This document shows positions 43,825 to 56,000 of a stretch of 64,000 nt of DNA, one piece after another. Each line of letters begins with the position of its first letter. The first letter of the stretch is position 1. The notes beneath the pieces were generated by a model that was given only the letters and a program-made list of their open reading frames with translations, made no database searches and was not told where the DNA came from. The stretch comes from Antedon mediterranea (lineage: Eukaryota > Animalia > Echinodermata), in NCBI RefSeq assembly GCF_964355755.1, contig NC_092676.1:15518871-15582870 (forward strand), read 5' to 3'. A program made the position numbers and the translations under genes.

Positions 43825-45068
43825 TTATTTGGAATCTACAATTTTGAAACAGTGGCACACTTCTTGAATGAAGGTCCGTCCGGAGTAAGTAGGCCTAAAC
43901 AATGATTTAACAATAGGCTTAGGCCTATTTACAGTATAAGGAACCTTAAAATAAACTATGTACAAGAAAAATAAACAAAACAAAAAAATAACATTAACAA
44001 TAACATATCATTGTGCGAATATGCAAAGAGTGCAAGTTGGAGATACGGAAACTCCAGGGTGACACTCATGGCACCATGGGTTTTACGAATGGGTAAAATA
44101 CAAAGTCGTGTTGACATAAAATAATGTCTTGCATATAACGTGAAGCATGACGTGACATAATCTCTGGATATATTCTCCACATCTACAGGAAGCCTCACCG
44201 ACAGTATTATCTGCAACGACTCCGAAAAAGTTTATATATAAATAATGTTCTTGAATACAAAAAAAGTCTATGTTTCGCTAACAGTATGTTGTTAAATAGA
44301 GTAGAATTCATGTTTTTATCTAACCATTTTCGAATAGAGAAGAATTCATTGAAAGCCCAAGTCATATTCAACTCACTCCGCCTCTCGTCAATCTCCCAGC
44401 TCATGAACATATTCAACTCACATAAACCTTCATTATTGTATTATTTAGCAATATTAAACACTTGCAAATATGGCAATAGCGTATTGGAACTATCTAAGGC
44501 TCAGATATTAGCGTTCGGTCAAAGTATCTATTCCAAAAAGTCGATAGCATGTTCTTAATCTAGTAAAAAAGCTTCATTAGCGACATATTGGATTACAAAG
44601 ACAAATATTATCATTGGTGCAGTCCAATTGTCTTTCACTAGATTAATGGTTTTATTACACAGACCCGTTCGCATACAATGTTCATCTTCTTTTAAGTAAT
44701 TGATTCCTTGGTGTACCTATATAATAAGAATGAATTTGTTCACACAAAATGTGTGATAATTGGTTAAACGTATGCATAATTAATCCTCAGTAGACACGAC
44801 CCACTTCTGTATGACCATCTCCGGTAGGTAGGCCTAGTGGCAAAACAGATACGAGTATAATTACATCAACAGTACGCGTCACACCGTAACATCTGATTAA
44901 AAACAAAATTCAAGAATGAAATCTATTAAAAATAAAGCTAAACAATAATTAATCGTACCGTAACATTATGAATATGAGATAACAATGGATAACAACCGAT
45001 ATGCCTACTAACAAACTTATTCAAATGCTGTTTAGTCAAGACAGGCGTAATAATGTCTACCCGTTGGC

Positions 45069-45179
45069 TTTTAGTCGCGTGCAAACGCGACAGTCTACAG
45101 CTCACTATGTCGGTCGGTCGTTCGGTAAACACTAACTCAAATTTGAGCACGCGACTGCAGCCATGTATATTACCTTGTT
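45069..45179 (+). mobile_element. Short Helentron-associated (HINE/DINE-1-like) element, family A; partial copies at 3276-3347 (+), 28803-28924 (-) and within 39875-40700
   Basis: T-run start, 5' hairpin GTCGCGTGCAAACGCGAC, (GTCG)n microsatellite, subterminal IR GCACGCGAC, 3' stem-loop (GCCATGTATATGGC in other copies) followed by CTTGTT. Confidence 0.75.
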
Positions 45180-46936
45180 TAGTTTAGTATTGCTATTAGA
45201 GTAGGCCTGTAATTGTATAAACACCGTCAAATGGTGTATCATCTTCCTATACCTTAAACCCAGAAGCCCAGAAAAAAAGTCCCCCTCCCTTTGGCCTGCA
45301 AAAGTAATCTAAAAGAAGACCATCTCGAACTTAAGGTAGGTGAGGAATTATTTTTGAGATAGACTATTTGAATATCAAAGAAAGAAGGTGATTTAATGCC
45401 AGATAACTTGTGATGTAGATAAAATGAATGATCGAGTTTATACATACATTCATTTTACACAGTTAAAATTGGTATCTTTATGCGAAATATGCAAAAATGG
45501 CAGGTAATCCTCTAATTATTTTAGTAGTAATTCAAAGAATGTACAGTATTTGTTTCGAAAAGAAGCTCCCTTTTAAGTTTGCAAAAGTAATCTCGAAATG
45601 AATCCCATCTCAAAAAGAAGTCTACCGTTACTATTAGAGGTAGGTTACTATTAGAGTGTGGGTTACTATTAGAGGATTTACGGTATTCATTCGTTAATCA
45701 GTGAAAAATTACCTCATTTATTGTCATTTTCATATAAAATATACATAGAAATTATGTTCAAAATATCTGTATGATGTAACTAAGGTACAGGTATATAACT
45801 GGCGACTAGTGAGTTTTTATGTCATATTCATGAAATATTTATGAGTCAAGTCATTATTAATCATGGTAAAGCTATAGGCAGATTATAGGCTATAAATAGC
45901 ACATTGTTGGGTTTTTCTGTATTTGAAAATATAGGCCTATCGATAACTGGAGGTCGTTTAATGAGGTAATTATGCCAATTTCGGTATATTTCAGTCTGGT
46001 CATCATTTGAAACCAGCCACGCATAATGACATAATGCACTGTTTCACAGTTCCTTAAAATATACTTTGATATTATTGACATTTATAAATGGCGGTGGTAA
46101 TAATATAAATTCAAGGAGGGCAGCATAGATGAAAATGGTAGGCCTACTACATGTTATACTTTTATTAATTGCTATTACCGTATTTTACCAACAGCGATCC
46201 ACATGTAGAATAATTTCGGTTATTTTTGCCAAGGCTATCGAACAATTGTTAGTAGTTATATTATTACTTCCTTTCAAGGCCTAAAGGAGTTGTGTTATGC
46301 ACTATGCATTATGCACTCTAAAATAATCTCTTTGGTTGAGTTGGTTTTTAAATCCACGAAGTTGTGCATAATGAGAATATTAAATGTTTTGTGGGTAATA
46401 CCACATAGTTTAATCACTAAATACGTGGTGCATGTTGCATTAATGATTTCCGTGCTACGAAACATAACATAACATGACATCCGAACCCAATCATAATGTA
46501 GCGAATTTAAATAAACCAATACGGATAGCATTTGACGTTTCAGCTCTTCATTTGACCAATTCAGCATGGATAGGAAACATAAATTAAGAAAGAAAAAAGA
46601 AAATATAAATCTAACCTGACATTGAATTAGGCTACCGTTATAGATAATAGATCGTTTCTACAACAACAAGAGGATAGTGTACGTGTGAGACCATGGACCT
46701 ATTGGTGAGACTTCGGATAAGAAGGCACTTTTAGCGTTCCATAATGCTAGAATTTAAACAGCGCCCTCGTTTGAAAGTTGACGGTGTGTGTGTGTGTGGT
46801 ACTACTGGGCATGACCTGCCTGGGCTGGGGCCAGTTATAGTGGGCTGAGAATCCTGGTTGATCGTAGCCTACCGCTAGGCCTAGGCCTACACATCTGGGG
46901 TTTTTTCAGATAAATTGTCCAACTTACTAACAAACA

Positions 46937-47090
46937 ATGGCTACTTCTACGACGTTAGATACTGTATGGGAGAAGGTATTTGAACGATATAAAGAGACTT
47001 GGTTATGGTATGAACAATGGGTATCAAAGAATCCAACAACTGTTGCTCAAGTTGAAAATACCTTCAGAATGTTGTCGTACATGATAGCAG
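46937..47090 (+). CDS. PEX16: PEX16 coding exon 1 ([52 protein letters not shown])
   Basis: ATG in ACAATGG context; donor G|GTAGGT; 154 nt, ends in phase 1. Confidence 0.92.
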
Positions 47091-50000
47091 GTAGGTACGG
47101 CCGATAGGACTAACAATAATAATAATAACTAGGGCCTGGCCTAGGCCTAGCCTAGGTTAGACCATGTCTAATTCCTCCATGGTTAGATGAATCCTTGACT
47201 AGATTTTTAAATGAATAAGGTATTTAAAAAAACTAAGATTTCGAAATAATTACATTAAAAAGACACCTTCCCTACAATTTGTGACGTTTTGTAAAAATAA
47301 TACAAATATATATTTTAAATATATATGTTATGCGCGATTTGAACGATTTGCGCAATTTGAAATTGCGCAAAAAAATCCTTGCGCAATTTGAAATTGCGCA
47401 AAGAATTCTTGCGCAATTTAAAATTGCGCAAGGATTTTTTTGCGCAATTTCAAATTGCGCAATCAACTTGCGCAATTTCAAATTGCGCAAGAAAATCTTT
47501 GCGCAATTTTAAATTGCGCTGCACAATTTGTAAATTGCGCAAGATAGTTCTTGCGCAATATGACACCTTTGCGCAATTTGAAAACGAACTGTAAATTTTC
47601 CCATACATGGCTAGGCTAGGCCTAGGCAGAGGAGTTTAAAATTTAGAATAAGACCATTTCAATGAAGATAATGTTAATACTCACTTTTTAAGTTTTTAAT
47701 ATTAGTTTAAGCTAGGCCATGTAACCTAGTCAGTATCAGTAGTCCACACCCTAGCTAGGCTAGAGTAGTATAGCCGGCCGCCCGCGCCGCGCCCGCCTGG
47801 TGGAATACCACCGCTTCGTTTTCCTTCGTCGGTTCTTCGACGGTATGCTAACTTATAACAATATTTGCACTACTAAAATAAGGAAATGCGATATTTATCT
47901 TTAATTTTGAATCATTCTTAGAAATTACTATAAAAATATGGGTGTGCATGATTTCACAATCTGTCGAAAAACCTTGCGCAATTTGCAGATTACTTGCGCA
48001 ATTTAATACGTTGCTTGCGCAATTTGAAACACATGTTTCAATTCAAATTGCGCAAGGATTTTTTTTGCGCAATTTGAAATTGCGCAAAAAAAATCCTTGC
48101 GCAATTTGAATTGAAACATGTGTTTCAAATTGCGCATAACACATATACGCTGTGGCTAAAGATACGGTACCGTATTCTAACTTCTGTTTACTAAAGATAC
48201 GGTAAAATTGCATTACGTCATAACCAGCCAATGGGGTGCTGGTACGTGTGTGACGTCATCGTATAAGGACTTTATGGATTTTTTTCATATCGCGAAAACC
48301 ATGGAGGTATGGCGAAAACAGTGATCAACCGCATTTTCTTTATGCTTTATTTATCGCTATTATCGCCGTCGTGTGTGACAAAAACTAAATGTAGCCTACG
48401 TCTGTTATTATTATTGAAAAGCCATGTTGATTTTAATTCTAGAATAGAGAAAACCGTTTTAAAAGAGGCCTAGGCCTACTTACTACGTACTATGCATTAT
48501 ATGAGTTTGTTTATCATTATGTAGGGAAAGCGATGCCAGGCTGTGGCCAGCTGCATATGTGTGCTGTGCGCTGATTTCTGTGACTCGTCAGCCCTGGGGC
48601 TACACTGCTGTCTAAATCATAGTATTTAAGGGCCCCTTTATTGTCCGCATTTGCTTGTTGTTTATGGTCACCATTGTAAACAAAGTTTTAAAAAAATATA
48701 GGCCTAAATAGGCCATTTTGAATAAAAATAAAACCCTCATCTGCAGCGCACACACATCCACGCAGCCTGGCGCCGCCGATAGGAATTCTCTACATATATA
48801 CAACCAACAACAGACGCGATATGAAAAAAAATCCAAAGTCCTTATACGATGACGTCACACACGTACCAGCACCCCATTGGCTGATTATGACGTAATGCAA
48901 TTTTACCGTACCTTTAGTAAACAGAAGTTAGAATACGGTACCGTATCTTTAGCCACGGCGATATATATACTGTATAAACATTAAACCAGGTCATTCCTTG
49001 GGTTAAATGTAGTGTTATGGAGAAGTCTCACCATTCATATAATTAAATTCAATACGGAAGAATTTCACAGATACTGTCACTTTATTTCGTATAACTTCGA
49101 ACGTGTTCAAACATTACATCAGTACAAATCACATCTCATTCCTCCCGGCAACCACATATCTGGCGCCCTCTATCAGTCTTATTATCTCCGGAACATGTAG
49201 GTTTTATGGTAAATTATGATAATAATATGATACCTAGCCTGACGTATAGTTGCTGAATTAATTGTCTTTCTATTTTTGCTAGACTCCGTTGATACAAATT
49301 GGGGAAAACCCGGTATTTTCGCTGAAAAGTTAGCAGTCTTCCATTTGTTTTGGCCTCACGATCGATCGAAAAGTGGGTGAATTACAGGAGAAAAGCAAAA
49401 ATATCAATTCGTGCGCAATGCATTTTGGGATTTATAGCGGGCCGCTATAATTATTAGAATCGACTTATTTTTCACATTTTTAACCATTTAAAGACGAAAA
49501 AAGTTATGCAATAGGACCATATAGTATTATTTTTACATTAAATATAGTTTGTGATCTTAATTAGATCCAAAAAACTGTAGGGAAGGTGTCTTTAAATGTA
49601 TTGTAACCGATAAGCTAAATTGTAAAATATATTTTTGTTTAAATTGGTTGCCATTTAAAAGAATTGTTATACTAATCAATTTTTATTTTGGTTCATTAAT
49701 TTAATTTAACAGATTTTTTTCTGTATGTTTTTATATTCAGTCATCAAGTAAATTTTTTTTCCTTCTTTGTTTTCATGGTTTAGGTCGTTTTGAAGATTCG
49801 CAAGTCATGTCAGAGTTAAGTAAGTGATAAATTCACAAAGTGTTAGAATATTTAAAGATGTATTGTCCCCCTGAAAAAATAATTCTTGAAAAAAAAATTT
49901 TTTAATATTTCATTTTAATGTAACATAATAGTTATCCACTTTGACAAAAAATTTAGATCGAAAAAAAATGTATTTACCAGAAAAATTTTTATCTAAAGCA

Positions 50001-53000
50001 AAAAATGGTCAAATTGGCTGCCAGCCAATGGATTTTTGGTTGAATTTTACCATTCATTTTGTAAATTTTCGTTTTTTTTTCTATTGAAGTGATTAACTTG
50101 ATTAAAAATACAAAATAACATATTCAAAGTCTGATTTAATTAATCTTTATTTTTCATGTTTTTTGGGACAATACATCTTTAAAGTGTAGAATATTTAAAG
50201 TCTGATAATAAAAGAAAAACTTTTTCATTGTGCACTATTCAACTTACTATATATTTAACAACATTATTCATAAATCGACATGGATAACAAAAATATAGTG
50301 AGCATTTCAATTTATAGAAATTAAAAGTAAAATCAGGAGGGTTTTTATGGTTTGTATAAAAAAATATTATAAGTTGCATTTAATTGATTATAATTATTAG
50401 GTTATATGCATTATCATGCATATAACCTCTTGATTCTAACCTAAATCTTTATTTATTTATTTATTTATTCTTTCCTTAGCACTATTTTGTCCGTGAATTA
50501 TCTTGGCATCAGTTTCATCTATCTAAGTCAATTTTTCAGAGTATATTCCTTATGGCCAGGAATCGATGTGGTTATGTTTTCACGATGCGCAATCAAAAAT
50601 TACGCGGTCTACGCGCGATTTAACGAAATCACGTTTGTAATCATATCTTCACAAACATGAATCACTTTTAAACAAAATTTGGTACTCATAAATTTCAGGT
50701 CATATTTCATCATATGGCAATACAATTACGTGCGTAGCGCATATAACGCTTGCGTACGCGCGCTTAAAATGTTCAAAATTGTCAAAATTAATTTTCGATG
50801 AAATTAGAGTACGTTTCAGGCAATTTTAAGCGTTTAAAAAATTGCCATGAGTGCGCCGATTTTTGCACGCGCACTGCGTGTTAAACGTTAATGCGCACTC
50901 TTTTTTCCCGATTTCTGTTTTACAATCTTTCTTTAATAATATCATCATATTTGATTCACGTTTCAACTCGAAATTGCGTTATACGAGCACGTCGAAAGGG
51001 ACTGGCTACGCACGTATAAGTTAACAAAATGGTGAAAATATGCTAAATTTTAAAATTAATATATATCGTCAGAATGCAGGGGAACACCTATTTTTTATTT
51101 CATTTTCTTGAAGTGTATGTATCATATGTGTGATTTATTATCAAATTAAGAGAACAAAAGTTGATTAAGTCTTCATTAATTGCATATTAAATTTAAAAAA
51201 AATAATTATGACATTTTCTTAGGCCAAAATAACAAACTTAACATTAACTTTCTTCCTTCCAAAGTTCATATATTAAAGTTAAAAGTATATAGTTTGACAG
51301 TGCATCATTTGTTTACATTTTAAAGATGTCATCATAGTAAAAAATTATAATTCATTGCGGTATGTAATAATCTATTTGCACCAAACTGGTTACTGCATAG
51401 TAAATACACGGAGGAATTTTTCTACAACTTTTAGTCAGTGGTGTATGGCTCGATGGTCTGTGCTCGGGTCTATGGCATTCAAGGTACCGAGATCGAGTCT
51501 CACCTTGGGAAACGAAATAAGATTTTGTTTTTTTAATATCCGTATTGTTTGTTCAAATTTATTTCTTAGTGTATAGATTATACACATGATTTATAATGAA
51601 ATCTAGATAAAAATTAACTTATGTCTTTATTATTATGTAACAACATATGTGGTTTATGACATTATACGCATATGGATCTTTGATCGGATTGTGATACCGG
51701 CTATGGTGGTCGCGTTAGCAAGGCCAGGTCACGCCCTATCATATATTATAAATAATTAAAGATTCTGAGAAAATCAATCAATCAATATATCTTTTAAAAA
51801 TCAATTATCTTTATTTAAATCAATGCATATAACCTATAATTCGTCATAGTGACGAATTAAATCTAGTTAGCATTTAGCTTCTTCGGGGTGATTTCCCTCC
51901 GTCCTCTATACAATACATCCAAATCCATAACGATGTGTGTCATATATATTTTGGTTTTTTTTTTTCAGTATTTGCAGCATCTAACCTACTTGTATTGTTC
52001 CATGACAACATCTTTAGAAAATCACTAGAAATATTCAAATCTAATATTGTAAGTAGTAATTAAAACAAGCTGGTATTTATTTTTTTTTGCTCTAAGAATT
52101 GTTCTTTGATTTTAACTGACTATTAAAACTTCACAAAACATGAGATGACCTCTATTGGCACTGGAAATTAAAACATTTGCTTACATTTCGTAGAAATAAA
52201 TATTGATTGTAATTGTTTTTAAATTACGTTATGATTTGATGCATGCAATAGCAAAAAGGAATTTATAACAAACATAAATACACTACAGTTATACTTCTGG
52301 TGTGAAATCATGATTGAAACAAACTCTAATATTAATAAGGAAGAACACCACCCAGATGCCCTAGTAGAAATTAAACGAACAACAAATGTTCTCTTATAAC
52401 CTTTTCACATCTGCATAGTAACCAGGTTTGATCTGATTGATTACACGTTTTCATACACGCATACACAAACCATGAGAAATCATGACAGAGAGAATAGTAA
52501 AAAAAAAAGTGGCCTCTTATTGGTGTGTTTTTCTACCGAGATTTCACAGGGGTCCCTTGTAAAATCTCGGGAAGATTGTTACAAGTTGTTACTTTTTGCA
52601 GGTTTAAAAAGGATATTATAGGATAGATCTATTGGATTCCTTTGGATATGTTTAAAAAGTAATTTTAATATAAGTTTTCTTTGTTCAGACAATTTTCTAA
52701 CAGTTGTCGTTTTTGACAGGATTTGTCGCAGGCTAAATTGATGCAGTGGGTGACAGTGATATCGTACATAGAAGTGTTTATTGAGCTTGCTGCTTCACGT
52801 ATTGGTGGAGAGTTCACCAGGTGGACTATGATACTTCTAGTTCAAATATTCAAGTAAGCATAATTTAAACAAGAAATATTTCTTACAAAAAACGCCGCTC
52901 AACATTTAAAAATTAATCATTGTTCTTTTGATTAATTTATGATTAATTATTAAAATGATGTCCTTTAATCGCAAAGATGCACACAAATCACAGATAGTTC

Positions 53001-56000
53001 TTTAATTATGAATCACATGCCCATTTTTTCACTAGTTAATTGCAGACACAGCATTTGAAAACATGTGTACCTTTCCAACAATGTATTATTTGCCAACAAA
53101 TATTAATCTACTAATTTAAAAATGGCCAATTTTGAACTTTAATGTGCTGTAGCCTGTTTGTGTGTGACCTCAATCTGAACTGTAGGCATGCAACTGAATA
53201 CCCTCTAGAGACAACGTGACTTAAAGGTGGTACAAGTGAAAATTATTCCACAATCAAAGGGCAAGAATCCAAAATTGTTCAACCATAAGCCCTCATAGAC
53301 TCTCTTTTCCCAGACGTTTTTTGGGTCCAGCAGCTAGGACCTATAAATTATAGTCGAGTTTGCAAATTAGCAAAACTGTTGGCCTTAGATACTAAAGCTA
53401 CCGTTATGAAACAGCTTATTAATGAATATGTCCTCATGGGTCATAGCTGGCTAGAGCAGCGGCGCAAAAATACATTTTCATTGAAAGAAAGTAGAAATAT
53501 TTCGAAAGAATTAATCTTTTAAAATAGAGGTTAGTGTCCGGCAATCTTTTGTAGTACTATAAAACTTATAGCTATATTTTTTCAAATTTGTCTTAAGTAT
53601 AATTGTATCTCAAATTTTAATTGACTAATACATATTACAGTTTTAACCCCTTTTCACATCCTTTCGCATTTTTTCTGAATTTGAATATAATCAATAATAT
53701 GATATGTTGTTGGTTATAGTAGAAAATGGTCCCTTTTTCATCATGAGACTTACCATAGAATCACTATTGTGGTTTACATAATAAGGTAACTTGGTTTCTA
53801 TTTGACATAAATAAAGTTGTTACAATACAAATAATACAAATACATAATAATTTTAAATTATGCATTTTTCTTCTTACTGTAGATCCATTTTAAGGCTGAT
53901 TCTCCTTTTTAAATATAAGTCTGGAATTCAGAAACCAATTGCAGTTAGCCCAGTAAGAAGAGAAGATATCAAAGTAGAATCTGAGACTGATGATACTCAT
54001 GAGGACACAGATTTAAGTACAAGATTATCTTCATCATTAAGCAAAGGGGATTTAGAAAAATCCCAACTTGAAGAACTTCCTACAGAAAAAGTATTTAAAG
54101 GCAAACGTTATGGTCGCACTGTAAGGACTCTTAAATCAGGTAAGATCAGATAAAACGATAAATTATTATTCATCTTTATTTAATTATCTATTTCAGTATA
54201 TACGTATTGACTGGGCTGAGGAGCATGGTTAAAAAATATATAAGTTATCAGGAGACTATATGATATAATATGTCATCAGATCACCAAAGGCTATATTTTT
54301 AACCATGCTCCAATAAAAGCCCAGTCAATATTTGTTTCATACACCATACAGTACCACACAAGTTGTAGGCTAGGCCAAAGTAAACAAACAACATGGACTT
54401 GGTTGGAATAGGCCTAGCTATGTTTTGATACAATAAAGGAAACATAATCAAGGCCTTTCATTTGATAAATCGTCGCTTCAAGCAATGCAATAAATTTTCC
54501 CAAAGCCTACTTTTATTTGATTATTCATATTTTAACTGGCTGCTAAATCCATTAAGTCAGCTACAGTACACCTACATGTTAAACCAGCTATTATATATTC
54601 AACACCAACCATTGTATGATTTGGTCATAGACGTCTTATCATGTGTGTGTGTCTAAGCGAGTGAGTGGCAAACGGTTAAGACAGTGGAACCGTAATTAAG
54701 TAGCCATAACATCGGCAAGGGTTCGAGGCTCACTCACTCCATGGTTCTGGTGGTAGAACGAGTCTTCTTGGATAAGGACTATAAACCATAGGTCCAGTGT
54801 ACACATCTAGCTCGTGTGCCCTTTAAAGAACCTAGTACATATTTCGAGACGAGTAGGGGGTTACCCCGGTGTAATCACAGCCACTGATCATAACTGGGCC
54901 CTCTGAGAGACCAATCTTTGACTGAAGAGGTCGCCTAGTATAAATATCTATTTCAATCAGTCTATAGATAAGATTGTTATTGAGGGTTAAACAGTTTACC
55001 AAAGGGGTATAATCTTTAAAAGAAGCACTATCTTTGGTTTACAAATGTAATTTGGATAAGAAGCCCATCTCGAAACGAAGCCCATCTCGAAAAGAAGCCT
55101 ACCTAAAAGTTCAATTTTTTTTTAAAGAAGCCCATTGTAGCTGACTTAAAGGATTTAGCAGCCAGTTAAAATATGAATAATCAAATAAAAGTAGGCTTTA
55201 GTAAAATTTATTGCATAGCTAGCCCTATGTATTCTAGCCTACGAAGGTTAACTTGGTCGTATAGATGGAGCTGAGAATTTAGTAAGCTTAGCGACGAATT
55301 ATCAAATTTAGGTCTTTTGTTGATATTTGCTTCTTCGCAAGAAAAACTTCGTCACTAGCTACGGTAGGCCTACTCCAACCAAGTATATGTTATTGTTATG
55401 CGTTCGCTTTGACCTAGCATATAGCCGAAATGCGTGGTCTGGTAATTATATAAAACAAATATTTACTGTACTGTAAAAAATATAGCTCTCTGACAGCTAA
55501 ATTACATATAATTAAATTTGTCTTATGTTTTACAGCACCCCCATTGAATCAAAGAACTTGGAAATTACCAAATGACAAAATAGAGATCAGCAAACTTAAA
55601 GTTTCATCAGAACCAACAGTACTCGGCAAACGACGCATTATTGGTGAAAGCATCCACATCATTAGACCACTTATTCATTGTATCCTTGTATACAGCTAGC
55701 CAACTTAAGTCTAGTTCCTCATTCAAGTGCCGCAACCGAATTTGCAAGAATTACTTTATAAAATTTAAACATCCATCCCATAGATTAAATGAGTTACTTA
55801 CCGCAAACGGGACATCAAATAATAGGGAGGTTTCGCAACCTTACGAATACGATAACGAAAACGGATACGTCATACATTTGTGAAACTTTTGAGTCATATT
55901 CGTAACTACAAAACGAGTATAGTTTTTGATCTATTTTGCACATTTTGCATTTGAATTAGGAATGATTCATGATTATAATATAATTATAGATTTATTGAAA

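Larger units (their letters stand above)
47261..49591. mobile_element. Outer TTAA-type (Kolobok-like) non-autonomous DNA element in PEX16 intron 1, hosting two nested insertions
   Basis: TIRs AGACACCTTCCCTACA (47261) and TGTAGGGAAGGTGTCT (ends 49591), flanked by TTAA(AA) and TTAA. Confidence 0.8.

Noticed and set aside
43956-44570. Several short overlapping ORFs
   Set aside because: No recognisable protein; at most a heavily decayed LINE 3' region next to the (TAA)n tail.
49161-49178. CTCF-like motif TGGCGCCCTCTATCAG
   Set aside because: A single partial match inside a transposon; function cannot be supported from sequence alone.
54655-54740. tRNA gene
   Set aside because: It has A/B boxes only, no convincing cloverleaf, and continues into a SINE core.
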